Shown: positions 17,611 through 27,260 of the stretch, piece after piece
Layout: each line of letters starts with the position of its first letter
How positions within the stretch are numbered: the first letter of the stretch is position 1
Source: an uncultured Ignavibacteria bacterium
Lineage (GTDB): Bacteria; Zixibacteria; MSB-5A5; RBG-16-43-9
NCBI GenBank assembly: GCA_964511075.1
Contig: CAZEDM010000006.1
Coordinates: 123,255 to 187,254 of the forward strand
Direction of reading: 5' to 3'
Length of the DNA: 64,000 nucleotides
The notes under the pieces: model-generated
Seen by the model: the letters and a program-made list of their open reading frames with translations, nothing else
Databases searched by the model: none
What the model was told of the DNA's origin: nothing
Position numbers and translations under genes: made by a program

Positions 17611-20289
17611 ATGAGTCAAAGCGAATTACCCAAACAGTATAACCCCAAGAAAGTCGAGGATAAGTGGTATTCCTACTGGATGAGGGGTAAATTGTTTACT
17701 CCCCGGCTGACCGACCATAAGCCTTTTTACAGTATGGTCATCCCGCCTCCCAATGTCACGGATATCCTGCATCTGGGACATGGCCTGAACAATACCCTGC
17801 AGGATATTTTGATTCGCTGGAAAAGGATGCAGGGATATGAGACCGAGTGGCTCCCTGGAATCGACCATGCGGGAATTGCCACCCAGGTGGTTATCGAGAA
17901 GAACTTAGCCAAGGAGGGTAAAACCCGCCAACAGATCGGAAGGGAAGCATTTCTGAAGTTAGCCTGGGAATGGAAGGATAAGAACGGAGAATCGATCTTA
18001 AATCAGTTAAAGAAAATCGGCTGCTCCTGTGATTGGGAAAGAACCAGATTTACCTTGGATGAAGGATTCTCTGAAGCAGTTTTGACGGTTTTTATTCATC
18101 TGTATAAAAAAGGTTTAATCTACAGAGGAAAATATATAATCAACTGGTGCCCTAAATGTTTAACCTCCCTCTCGGATGATGAGACCGAGAGAAAAGAGGA
18201 AGATGGAAATCTATGGTACATCAAATACAAGATAAAAGGTAAAGATGATTACCTGACTGTTGCGACTACCAGGCCTGAGACCATGTTGGGAGATACTGCT
18301 GTGGCAGTCAGTCCCAAGGATAAACGTTATAAAAAGCTGATAGGCAAATTCGCTATACTTCCTATATTGGACAGGGAGTTGCCCATAATAGCAGATGATC
18401 TGGTTGATCCGGAATTTGGAACCGGTGCAGTCAAGGTCACTCCGGCTCATGATTTAAACGACTTCGAAATGGGTAACAGACATAATCTGGAAAGGATAGT
18501 GGTGATAAATCCAGATGGGAAAATGAACGAAAATGCCGGCAAGTTCGCAGGGATGGATCGCTATAAATGCCGCAAGGCACTTGTGGCTGAGTTAAAGAAG
18601 AAAAAGTTATTGGAGAAAACAGAACCATATAAAATCCCTTTAAGCTTATGTTACCGCTGTGACACTACAATCGAACCTTATCTTTCAGAACAGTGGTTTG
18701 TGAAGATGAAACCCTTAGCGGAGCCGGCTATTCGGGCGGTGAAAGATGGAACGGTCAAATTTCACCCTGAGCACTGGTCAAAGGTTTATCTCAACTGGAT
18801 GGAGAATATCCGCGACTGGTGCATATCCAGACAGCTCTGGTGGGGACATCGTATACCGGTGTGGTACTGTCTGGATTGTAACGAGATAATAGTCGAGAAA
18901 ACTCCGCCGGAGCAGTGCCCCAAATGCAAAAGCAGGAACTTGAAGCAGGATGAGGACGTCTTGGACACCTGGTTTTCCTCCTGGCTCTGGCCCTTCTCCA
19001 CCTTCGGCTGGCCTGAAAAAACTGAAGATTTAAAGACCTTTTATCCTACCAAAGCCCTTTTCACTGGTCCGGATATAATCTTCCTATGGGTAGCCCGAAT
19101 GGTTATGGCTGGCCTGGAGTTCATGGGTGAAGTTCCATTTTACGATGTTTATATTCATGGACTAGTCCGGGATTCTAATGGAATAAAGATGAGCAAATCA
19201 TTGGGCAATGGAATTGACCCCTTGGAGATAATAGGTAAATATGGAACAGATGCCTTGAGGCTTAGTATGATTTTAGTCACACCTGAGGGTCAGGATCCCT
19301 GTATCTCCTTTAATACCTTTGAGATAGGTAGGAATTTTGCCAATAAGCTGTGGAATGCTTTCCGTTTCATCTGGATGAATCTGAATGGTTATAAGCCAGA
19401 GATCGGCAAAATCCTCCTTCCCGAAAAAGGAAATCTCAGATGGGAGGACAGATGGATATTAAGTCGTCTCAACAAAACCATAGATGAGGTCACCAGACAG
19501 ATGGAGAACTACCGCTTTAACTCTGCTACTAAGATCCTGTACGATTTCGTATGGCATGATTTCTGTGATTGGTATATTGAGATGAGCAAAGTTATCTTTC
19601 GTCTGCCTGAAGATGACTCCGGAAAAACAAATTCCATAAATACCACCTTGTTTTTATGGGACAATATCTTAAGGCTTCTTCACCCCTTTATCCCTTTCGT
19701 GACCGAGGAGATCTGGCAAAATCTTTATTCCCTATCTCCGGACGATTTTGAAAATAGCCTGATGAAAGCCCCCTGGCCCAAATCCGATCCGTCCCTTTGG
19801 GACCCGGATATAGAAAGGTCCATGGACTTGGTCCAGGAGGTAGTGGTCTCTGTCAGAAACATACGCTCGGAGATGAACATCCCACCTTCCAAAAAATTAA
19901 GCGCCTATTTTAAGGCGGAGAAAAAAGATACCCAGAAGCTGCTGGAGGAGAACCGCGAACATATCCTTACCCTGGGGAGAATAGAGAACCTGGAGATCGG
20001 GCTTAAACTCAAAAAACCTGCCTCGTCTGCTACTGCTGTGGCTAAGGATTTTGAGATATACATACCCGTGGAGGGACTTATCGACGTGGAGCAGGAGAAA
20101 AAAAGATTGGAGAAAGAGATAAACAGGTTAAAAGACCTTCTGGTTGGAGTTGAGCGTAAGTTAGCCAACGAGGATTTCCTCAAAAAGGCGCCTCCCGCCG
20201 TAGTGCAAAAGGAAAAAGCCAAAAAGCAGGATTATCAGAAGGTAATTGAAAGGTTGGAGAAAAATTTAGAAGGATTAGTAGGTTGGTAA
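17611..20289 (+). CDS. valS: Valyl-tRNA synthetase
   Basis: PPPNVT..HLGH, TTRPET, WCISRQLWWGH, KMSKS, C-terminal coiled coil. Confidence 0.98.
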   Translation: MSQSELPKQYNPKKVEDKWYSYWMRGKLFTPRLTDHKPFYSMVIPPPNVTDILHLGHGLNNTLQDILIRWKRMQGYETEWLPGIDHAGIATQVVIEKNLAKEGKTRQQIGREAFLKLAWEWKDKNGESILNQLKKIGCSCDWERTRFTLDEGFSEAVLTVFIHLYKKGLIYRGKYIINWCPKCLTSLSDDETERKEEDGNLWYIKYKIKGKDDYLTVATTRPETMLGDTAVAVSPKDKRYKKLIGKFAILPILDRELPIIADDLVDPEFGTGAVKVTPAHDLNDFEMGNRHNLERIVVINPDGKMNENAGKFAGMDRYKCRKALVAELKKKKLLEKTEPYKIPLSLCYRCDTTIEPYLSEQWFVKMKPLAEPAIRAVKDGTVKFHPEHWSKVYLNWMENIRDWCISRQLWWGHRIPVWYCLDCNEIIVEKTPPEQCPKCKSRNLKQDEDVLDTWFSSWLWPFSTFGWPEKTEDLKTFYPTKALFTGPDIIFLWVARMVMAGLEFMGEVPFYDVYIHGLVRDSNGIKMSKSLGNGIDPLEIIGKYGTDALRLSMILVTPEGQDPCISFNTFEIGRNFANKLWNAFRFIWMNLNGYKPEIGKILLPEKGNLRWEDRWILSRLNKTIDEVTRQMENYRFNSATKILYDFVWHDFCDWYIEMSKVIFRLPEDDSGKTNSINTTLFLWDNILRLLHPFIPFVTEEIWQNLYSLSPDDFENSLMKAPWPKSDPSLWDPDIERSMDLVQEVVVSVRNIRSEMNIPPSKKLSAYFKAEKKDTQKLLEENREHILTLGRIENLEIGLKLKKPASSATAVAKDFEIYIPVEGLIDVEQEKKRLEKEINRLKDLLVGVERKLANEDFLKKAPPAVVQKEKAKKQDYQKVIERLEKNLEGLVGW

Positions 20290-20314
20290 GCAAAAACTTG
20301 GGAGAGGGTAGGCT

Positions 20315-21685
20315 ATGAGAAGAAAAATCTTTATATGCGGGATAATTCTTTTCTCTTTGTTTTTATCCCGGTCCGGCTGGGGGAAGGAAAAGATCTCCCT
20401 CACCATCTACAACCAGGACCTGGCCCTGGTAAAGGATGTGCGAGAGCTTTCCTTTGAGCCGGGTAGAAACCAGATAAAATTCACAGATGTGGCGGAGAAG
20501 ATCGATCCGACCTCGGTTCATTTCCAGGTTTTAAACCTGGCGGATAAGGTCTCTCTGCTGGAACAGAATTATCAATATGACCTGGTAAGCTCCGATAAGA
20601 TTCTGGAGAAATACCTGGACAAAAAAATACAGATAATCACCAAGGGCGGCAAACTGTATGAAGGTTCGCTTCTGTCTTTTTCCTCGAACGGATTTACCCT
20701 GAGGGAAAAGGAAGGCTCCATTCGCATCCTGAACCGGGCAGAGGTGGTCGACCTTTCCTTCCCCTCCTTGCCTGAGGGACTCATTACCCGTCCCACGCTG
20801 GTATGGCTTCTGGAAAGCAAGATAAAGGGGAAGCACGAGGCTGAGGTAAGCTATCTGACCACCGGGATAAACTGGCATGCGGAGTATGTGGCAGTGGCGG
20901 ACAAGGAGGACAAAAATTTAGAGCTTTCCGGCTGGGTGTCCATCGATAACCGCTCCGGTGCGACCTATCCAGATGCAAAACTGAAGCTAATCGCCGGAGA
21001 AGTCCACAGGGTTGTGGAAAGAGCGCCAGTCAGAACTCTGTATAAGGCAGAGGCTGAAATGGTTGCCGGCATGGCGCCTCCTTTTGAGGAGAAGCCATTT
21101 TTCGAATATCACCTTTATACCCTGCAGTTTCCCAGCACGGTGAGGGATAATGAGGTCAAGCAGATATCCTTGTTCCCCAGCTCCTGGGTCAAGGTTAGAA
21201 AAACCTATACTTATGACGGGGCCAGAGAGCCCAAAAAAGTAAAGGTCAATCTGGAGTTTACCAACTCCCAAGCCGAGGGTCTGGGAATCCCTTTGCCTCA
21301 GGGAAAGATCAGGGTTTACAAGGAGGATGTGGACAAATCCCTGGAATTCGTGGGCGAGGATTTAATCGAGCATACGCCCAAGGATGAGAAAGTAAGGATA
21401 TACGTAGGGGATGCCTTCGATATAGTGGGGGAAAGAAGCAGAACCCAGTTCAAGAAGATAAGCGATGATGTAACCGAGGAAACATACGAGATAAAGCTGA
21501 GAAACCATAAGGAGGAGAAAATCGAGGTCACTGTAATTGAACACCTTTATGCTTATACTAACTGGGAGATACTGGAAAGCAATTTTAAATACGAGAAAAA
21601 GGATGCCAATACTATAGAATTTAGGATTCCTCTTGGAAAAGACCAGGAGCAAATCGTAAATTATATAGTGAGGTATACTCGTTGA
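20315..21685 (+). CDS. Exported DUF4139/DUF4140-like protein
   Basis: Signal peptide; LTIYNQDLALV; SYLTTGINW; EYHLYTL; PLPQGKIRVY. Confidence 0.8.
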   Translation: MRRKIFICGIILFSLFLSRSGWGKEKISLTIYNQDLALVKDVRELSFEPGRNQIKFTDVAEKIDPTSVHFQVLNLADKVSLLEQNYQYDLVSSDKILEKYLDKKIQIITKGGKLYEGSLLSFSSNGFTLREKEGSIRILNRAEVVDLSFPSLPEGLITRPTLVWLLESKIKGKHEAEVSYLTTGINWHAEYVAVADKEDKNLELSGWVSIDNRSGATYPDAKLKLIAGEVHRVVERAPVRTLYKAEAEMVAGMAPPFEEKPFFEYHLYTLQFPSTVRDNEVKQISLFPSSWVKVRKTYTYDGAREPKKVKVNLEFTNSQAEGLGIPLPQGKIRVYKEDVDKSLEFVGEDLIEHTPKDEKVRIYVGDAFDIVGERSRTQFKKISDDVTEETYEIKLRNHKEEKIEVTVIEHLYAYTNWEILESNFKYEKKDANTIEFRIPLGKDQEQIVNYIVRYTR

Positions 21686-21737
21686 GCCAATGCTTTTTCA
21701 GGAGAAAAACTAAAGAACTTAAAAAAAAGGAGCTTTT

Positions 21738-23189
21738 ATGCGGTCTTTAAAGTTAATTCTGATCCTTTTGCTTGTCTTGGCGATCGACACCTGTTCCCAG
21801 GCCCAGCAGATGCCCAAGGACGTGTATAAAAGATCAGCCAAGATCGAGCTACAGCGGAAAAATCCGGATTATGAACGGGTGATTAACCTGCTGGAAGAGG
21901 CTAAGACCTACTACCCGGATGACGGCGAGATCTTTTTTCTTCTGGGTAAGGTCTACAAGACTAAAAACCAGCCCAGAAAAATGTTCGAGGCTTTTGACCA
22001 GGCACTGAAACTGCCTTTGAAGGATCAATACGTAAAAAAGATCAAGGAGATGATCAAGGAGACCTGGGTATCCACCTTCAATCGGGCGGTGGATTACGCT
22101 AACAGGGTCGAGAAAGTTGAAAGATATGCCGGACAGAGCTTCTCCGACTGGTCTGATTATCCGGTCTATATAGATTCCCTGCAGCTGCTCTCCTCGGAAT
22201 TCGAGGACACTGCTTACCAGTGGAAAAACTACAGCTCGGCTGCGAAGTTAGCTATCCCCCTGGAAAAGTTAAAACAGGATTTATACAAAAAATCCCTGGA
22301 GCTCTATGAGCTGGCTATACTTCTTGACTCCACCAGATACGAGTCCTATGTTAATGGGGCTTTTGTCTCCTCAAAGCTAGGTAAATCTGAGATGGCCTTA
22401 GAATATTTTGAGAAAGCCTATGAGTTGGAGCCGTTCAATATGGATGTTTTGAATGGCTACTTCTCTATTCTCTTGAATCATAGAAAATACGAAGAGGCCT
22501 TAGCAATCTCTGAAGAGTTAATAAATCTTTCGAATTTTTTGGAAAACTTAAAGAAGAATCCCAATGATACTACTGTTACACGTATGCAAGACATAATCAT
22601 GCAAAAACTTTCAAGTCGACAGAACCCTAAGGCCCTTTATAAAAAGATTATCGAACGAGAACCTCTTTCTAAAAATGCTTATCTAAATGTCCTCTTCAAC
22701 AAGGCAGTCATCTTAGAGAGTCTTGAAAGAAAACAAGAGGCGCTTGAACTCTATGACAGGATTTTAGAGTTAGACCCCAACTCCAAGGATGTCCTTTTCA
22801 ACCGAGGTCTACTGTATCTGAACGAGACCAACGTTATAGCCAAACATTTAATCGCTCTGCGGGATTCTATCGAAAACGACCCCAATGCTCAGGACCTTAT
22901 TGACAGGTCCAAGCAGCTGATTGAAGAGCAGAAGACCTTGTTCGCCAAGGCAGAGTTCGATTTAAAAAGAGTTCTGGAACTGGACCCCGAGGATACCGAA
23001 ACTATGAGATTCTTGGGATATTGTTACCTGAACGAGGAGAAAACAGACCAGGCCATAGAGGTACTGGAGACCTTGACTCAGAAAGAGCCAGACAACACAG
23101 AGGCCTGGGGATATTTAAGCATCGCTTATACCAAAAAGGGTTTGGCTCAAAAAGCCAAAGAGGCAGAGCAAAAAGCCCAGGGGCTCTAA
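21738..23189 (+). CDS. Exported tetratricopeptide repeat protein
   Basis: Signal peptide; repeated A..Y...LELDP..N helical units. Confidence 0.85.
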   Translation: MRSLKLILILLLVLAIDTCSQAQQMPKDVYKRSAKIELQRKNPDYERVINLLEEAKTYYPDDGEIFFLLGKVYKTKNQPRKMFEAFDQALKLPLKDQYVKKIKEMIKETWVSTFNRAVDYANRVEKVERYAGQSFSDWSDYPVYIDSLQLLSSEFEDTAYQWKNYSSAAKLAIPLEKLKQDLYKKSLELYELAILLDSTRYESYVNGAFVSSKLGKSEMALEYFEKAYELEPFNMDVLNGYFSILLNHRKYEEALAISEELINLSNFLENLKKNPNDTTVTRMQDIIMQKLSSRQNPKALYKKIIEREPLSKNAYLNVLFNKAVILESLERKQEALELYDRILELDPNSKDVLFNRGLLYLNETNVIAKHLIALRDSIENDPNAQDLIDRSKQLIEEQKTLFAKAEFDLKRVLELDPEDTETMRFLGYCYLNEEKTDQAIEVLETLTQKEPDNTEAWGYLSIAYTKKGLAQKAKEAEQKAQGL

Positions 23190-23212
23190 AGAGGGAAATC
23201 TTACCTGAGATT

Positions 23213-23247
23213 TAAGGGAGCAGGATCACCTGCTCCCTTTTTTATTT
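23213..23247 (+). terminator. Intrinsic terminator
   Basis: AAGGGAGCAGG-atca-CCTGCTCCCTT followed by a T-tract. Confidence 0.85.
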
Positions 23248-23280
23248 AAGGAGTAAGATAAATCAGAAGACCTTCCGGTT

Positions 23281-23454
23281 TCATTCTTTTATGGCGGTAT
23301 ACCCGCAGCGGAAGATTGTCTTATACCTTTGTAACTTACCCCAATCCTGTTTTATACTCAGGCTCTCGGGAGGATGAATCACCCCTGTGCTTAAGTTGTT
23401 CCTGACTTGAGCTTCTTCTAACACTAAGGCTTTTTCTTCTTTTTTCACATTCAC
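23281..23454 (-). CDS. Unannotated 57-aa ORF coupled to the upstream gene
   Basis: GTG start overlaps the upstream TGA (GTGA); AGGAGAGG RBS; MNVKKEEKALVLEEAQVRNNLSTGVIHPPESLSIKQDWGKLQRYKTIFRCGYTAIKE. Confidence 0.5.
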   Translation of the reverse strand: MNVKKEEKALVLEEAQVRNNLSTGVIHPPESLSIKQDWGKLQRYKTIFRCGYTAIKE

Positions 23455-24128
23455 TTTTTACCTCTCCTTCTTCCGGAATTTGACAACAATAGCTCTTTGG
23501 TTAGAAATTTAAAAGTGATAAGTTGCTTTAACTGCTGGCATAGTTCCTCCTTATCCCACCCCAGCTTTTGATTTAGCCTGCTCATGGAGGACAAAAGCTC
23601 TGGCTCTGCATAAAGACATTCAGCCAGGAGGACGGTCTTCGTATAATCGGTGAGCAAACTGTCCTCCCACAAAAGTTCTTTCATCATCTTCACCGCTAAA
23701 TTAGAGGAGAAGGTTGCTACCCTTCTATCCTCACATTCGACGAAAAGGTCAAACCGATTGGCTGGCTCCTTATATCCACAGGTTAGACCTGAGCAGGTTC
23801 TCATCTGCCCCACAGTTGACTGGAGGTCAATGATTATGTGCTCTATCAGATGGGCCAGGTCCGTTACGCCGCCAACGCTCTGGAAGGGAGAATCTTCTCC
23901 CTGCTCCTGGCTAACAGATCCCCGCAGGAGGTGAGCCCAGCACTTATGTCTCTGCAGATTGGGGAATAATCCTGTGACTCTGTTATAGAGGTTCTTGAAA
24001 TCAAACCCCTTCTCCTCAGGCAAAAAGATATCCACAACCAGTTTCAGTCTCAACTGGCTATGTATGAAAAAAATATCCAGCTCAGATATCTCTGGAAATT
24101 TTCCAAAACTCAGACTGACAATCTGCAA
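23451..24128 (-). CDS. Stand-alone cyanophycin synthetase N-domain-like protein (putative metallopeptidase)
   Basis: FPNLQRHKC...DLAHLIEHIIIDLQ...G.T resembles the CphA N-domain C...HxxEH motif; AGGAGG RBS, TTG start. Confidence 0.65.
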   Translation of the reverse strand: MQIVSLSFGKFPEISELDIFFIHSQLRLKLVVDIFLPEEKGFDFKNLYNRVTGLFPNLQRHKCWAHLLRGSVSQEQGEDSPFQSVGGVTDLAHLIEHIIIDLQSTVGQMRTCSGLTCGYKEPANRFDLFVECEDRRVATFSSNLAVKMMKELLWEDSLLTDYTKTVLLAECLYAEPELLSSMSRLNQKLGWDKEELCQQLKQLITFKFLTKELLLSNSGRRRGKK

Positions 24129-24232
24129 AACTCCCCTCCTTTTTTGAAAATTGGCTACCTTAAATTTATCGGCAGTTAGCTGTGTTACTTCAACCAGAGA
24201 TTTTCAAGAGGAATCTGGTTTCAAAGATCCCT

Positions 24233-24284
24233 GCTGGTCGTTGGTCTACTGACCAATGATGCCCCTTAATTGGCGAGGATACCA
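24233..24284 (-). repeat. Dispersed double-hairpin repeat, copy 2
   Basis: Similar to 13194..13246 in inverted orientation. Confidence 0.55.
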
Positions 24285-24297
24285 AGGAAAAGCGAAG

Positions 24298-24954
24298 TCA
24301 TAATTTCTTTCGGGCTAAAACCTGTGCCTCCCTGAGAGGCTCTGGCAGTCTATATTTGGTGCAGCATTGCAGGATAATTTTAAGTGAGGAATTGACGGAG
24401 ACTTTATGTCCCGGGGAGACGAAAATGGGTTTAATATAATCTTTACTCCTCAGCACAATACCGATTTTTTCTTTCTCTTCAAGCATATATTCGTATGAGC
24501 CTTTGTTCTTTTCAGGTTCCTTATAATTCCGAGTAAGCGCCCTTTTGGAACAGGCGATTGTTGGAAGATTTAAGAGGATACCCAAATGAGATGCCAGACC
24601 CATACTGCGTGGATGGGCGACCCCCCTGCCCGGGAAGATAACCAGATCCGGCAGCTCGATTTTTTCCAGAAAAGATAGTATTGCAGGACCGCAGGAGAAA
24701 GCAAAAAAACCGGGGATATATGGAAACGAAAGCGGTTGTATCTCAGAGTCTGAATCGAGTTTCTCTAAATCCGGATAAGTGAATCTGGCTAAGGATACAG
24801 CCAAGCTGGAGGAGCCAAAGCAAATTCCGACTCCGCCGATTACTCTGATCTTATCGAATCTATCCTCTTTTATAACAAATCTGCTCAGCTCTTTCTGGAT
24901 TTTCTCTGCTTCTTTTAGACTTACATCCCAGGGATGAGAGTGATATATTTTCAT
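24298..24954 (-). CDS. nfi: Endonuclease V homolog with catalytic residues substituted
   Basis: PYIPG, AHPR.MGLASHLG, VSPGH, RLPEPLR retained; catalytic D/E/D/H positions read G/C/P/Q. Confidence 0.85.
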   Translation of the reverse strand: MKIYHSHPWDVSLKEAEKIQKELSRFVIKEDRFDKIRVIGGVGICFGSSSLAVSLARFTYPDLEKLDSDSEIQPLSFPYIPGFFAFSCGPAILSFLEKIELPDLVIFPGRGVAHPRSMGLASHLGILLNLPTIACSKRALTRNYKEPEKNKGSYEYMLEEKEKIGIVLRSKDYIKPIFVSPGHKVSVNSSLKIILQCCTKYRLPEPLREAQVLARKKL

Positions 24955-24964
24955 GCGGTTTTAA

Positions 24965-25882
24965 TCAGTCCCCGCTGTCTAACCTTTTGAGCCCATACTT
25001 CTTAGCCAGATTTAAAGCTTCTGCATATTCCCGGGAGGTGATCCTTCGGTTTAAAGGCGGGAAATTATCTGAGTGGTAAGCAGGACGGTATTGATCCATT
25101 AGATTCACATAGGAATTTTTGGAAAGGTTGGAAGATATGAATTTCAGCGCCTCATCTGTTCCGGCTAAGTTCTCCGGAAGGACCAAATGCCGGATGATAA
25201 GACCCCGCTGTGCAATCCCTCTTTGGTCTACTATAAGATCACCTGTTTGCCTGTGCATCTCTATGAGAGCAGATTTTACGATCTCCGGATAATCCGGTGC
25301 CTTACATAATCTTTGGGCTGTTTCTGAATCTGAGAATTTGAAATCGGGCATATATATATCGAAAACCCCCTCTAAAAGCTCCAGAGTTGACACCAGATCA
25401 TATCCTCCGGTGTTATAGACTAAAGGTAAGTCCAGTCCCTTTTCTATAGCCAAGGTTAAGGCTCTGAGAATCTGCGGAACCACATGCGTGGGGGTTACGA
25501 AGTTGATATTATGGCATTCCATATTTTTCAGCCTTAACATTGCTTCTGATAACTCTTCATCGCTGGCTGGAGAACCTTCACCCAGATGGCTAATATCATA
25601 GTTCTGGCAGAAGACACATCCCAGATTGCAGTGGGTAAAAAAAATAGTCCCTGACCCTCTTGTTCCAACCAAAGGAGATTCCTCGCCCAAATGCGGGCCA
25701 AAAGAGGAGACATAAGCAAATTCTCCGGTCTTGCAGACCCCTTTTCCATCCTTTAGACGATTGACCTTACACCTTCTGGGGCAGAGCTGGCAGGAGGAGA
25801 GCTTTTGATTCAAAATCTCGATTCGCCTGAAAAGCTCCTTGGATTGGTAGAGTTTTAAATATCCTGGCTTAAAGTTTTCCAT
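24965..25882 (-). CDS. Radical SAM protein (PflX-like activating-enzyme family)
   Basis: C.LCPRRC.VNR; CNLGCVFCQN; HNINFVTP; RHLVLP. Confidence 0.88.
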   Translation of the reverse strand: MENFKPGYLKLYQSKELFRRIEILNQKLSSCQLCPRRCKVNRLKDGKGVCKTGEFAYVSSFGPHLGEESPLVGTRGSGTIFFTHCNLGCVFCQNYDISHLGEGSPASDEELSEAMLRLKNMECHNINFVTPTHVVPQILRALTLAIEKGLDLPLVYNTGGYDLVSTLELLEGVFDIYMPDFKFSDSETAQRLCKAPDYPEIVKSALIEMHRQTGDLIVDQRGIAQRGLIIRHLVLPENLAGTDEALKFISSNLSKNSYVNLMDQYRPAYHSDNFPPLNRRITSREYAEALNLAKKYGLKRLDSGD

Positions 25883-25919
25883 CTTCTATTTTACGCAGTT
25901 GAAAGTCTTTTCTTCTTAT

Positions 25920-26028
25920 TTCCTCCCTTGATGGGAGGGATAAAGGGAGGGTGAATCTTTTTTGCCGTGCCTGCCAGGCCCCCTGACCTGGCAGGTCCTC
26001 GTCGGGTCAGGGGACCCGACGAGCACAG
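25920..26028 (+). repeat. Composite hairpin repeat (left end of island)
   Basis: CCTCCCTTGATGGGAGGGATAAAGGGAGGGTGAA + CCTGCCAGG..CCTGGCAGG + TCGGGTCAGGGGACCCGACGAGCACAG. Confidence 0.85.
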
Positions 26029-26063
26029 AGAGTGGCTGTTCGTCGATCGAATGCATTCCCAAT

Positions 26064-26507
26064 TTATTTCCTGGTAAATATCACCTCCAATATCAACTCG
26101 TACTCCCCTTCGGAATTCGGGTGGTCCATTCTCAAAACCACTTTGTCTTTGCTGATTTTTTTGAATGTCTGTTTAAGCAGGGTATCGTGCCAGTTCAGAA
26201 ACAAAATCTCATCACTGACGAAATCACAGGTTGCGGTCTGGTAATTTCCCGAGCTTTCAAACCACCAGAATCGATAAATTTTAGCCTTTCCATCCCAGGC
26301 AAAGATCGCATGCGCTTTTCCTTCCTGTCCGTTTATGGATGAGAAGTAATCGAAATAAACATATTTGTCATCCAGCGCCCTCTTGAAAGTTCCGCCACCA
26401 GTTCCTGTGGCGGCTTCACTGAACTTGCTTTTTGGAATTTTATACTCCAAATCCCAACCACCCAATAAAAAATCAAATTTCTTCATCATTTTTGACTCCT
26501 TGGGCAT
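26064..26507 (-). CDS. DUF1579-like beta-barrel protein
   Basis: FDFLLGGW N-terminus; WD...Y..WWFES. Confidence 0.65.
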   Translation of the reverse strand: MPKESKMMKKFDFLLGGWDLEYKIPKSKFSEAATGTGGGTFKRALDDKYVYFDYFSSINGQEGKAHAIFAWDGKAKIYRFWWFESSGNYQTATCDFVSDEILFLNWHDTLLKQTFKKISKDKVVLRMDHPNSEGEYELILEVIFTRK

Positions 26508-26542
26508 GGCTTGATTAAAGGTATCTTTCCTCTTTATGGATG

Positions 26543-27070
26543 TTAAAACAAAAACGGAATAAACATTTTGGTCTGCTTCATATAATCCTGATATGAGTTA
26601 CCAAAAAAACGCATATTCTCTATTTCCTCCGTCTTGGCAGTCGTTGTCCAGAAGAAAGTCGCAATCACCGCCAAAAAAAAGCCTATCCAAGAAGGACGTT
26701 TGAAAAACACTCCCCAGGTACCAAATAAACCCGAACTATAGAGAGGGTGCCGAATATAGCGGTAAGCTCCAACCTTCACCAATTCAGTCGTCTTTTCTAT
26801 ACCGATCAACGAGGGGTCGTTCCGCTCACTTTGAGGATTCCCCACCATACGCAATAGCTGAAAACCGTGAATAACCAGAAATAAGGAAACTACCAGCAAG
26901 AGCCATGAAACTACCTGATGAGTACTGAACGGTTTATAGAACCAGTAATCAAGATTCAGCAGAACCATAATCAGGATCGCTTCAAAAGCGAAAAAGCGGT
27001 AAAAACCGTGGGACTTGGGATAAGGCAGTGACTTCCAGGATAAACAGACGAGTGCAGCAGTTGTGCCCAC
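26543..27070 (-). CDS. Isoprenylcysteine carboxyl methyltransferase/PEMT family membrane protein
   Basis: LVKVGAYRYIRHPLYS; EE..FG.SY.DY...TKMFIP; true start uncertain. Confidence 0.8.
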   Translation of the reverse strand: MGTTAALVCLSWKSLPYPKSHGFYRFFAFEAILIMVLLNLDYWFYKPFSTHQVVSWLLLVVSLFLVIHGFQLLRMVGNPQSERNDPSLIGIEKTTELVKVGAYRYIRHPLYSSGLFGTWGVFFKRPSWIGFFLAVIATFFWTTTAKTEEIENMRFFGNSYQDYMKQTKMFIPFLF

Positions 27071-27260
27071 AAAAATGATTACTTTTAATAGCTCAGACGT
27101 AGCACCTCACTTAACAATAGTTGATAGCCGGACAAAAGTCCATCAGTCTAATAAAATCAGTATCACGGCTATTTCCAAGCAAATAAACCCCCTTTTATAT
27201 ATTTTTTCAGTTATCTTAACTTTAACGGTAAGCAGAGAACCCTCAGGCAAATAGATTCGC

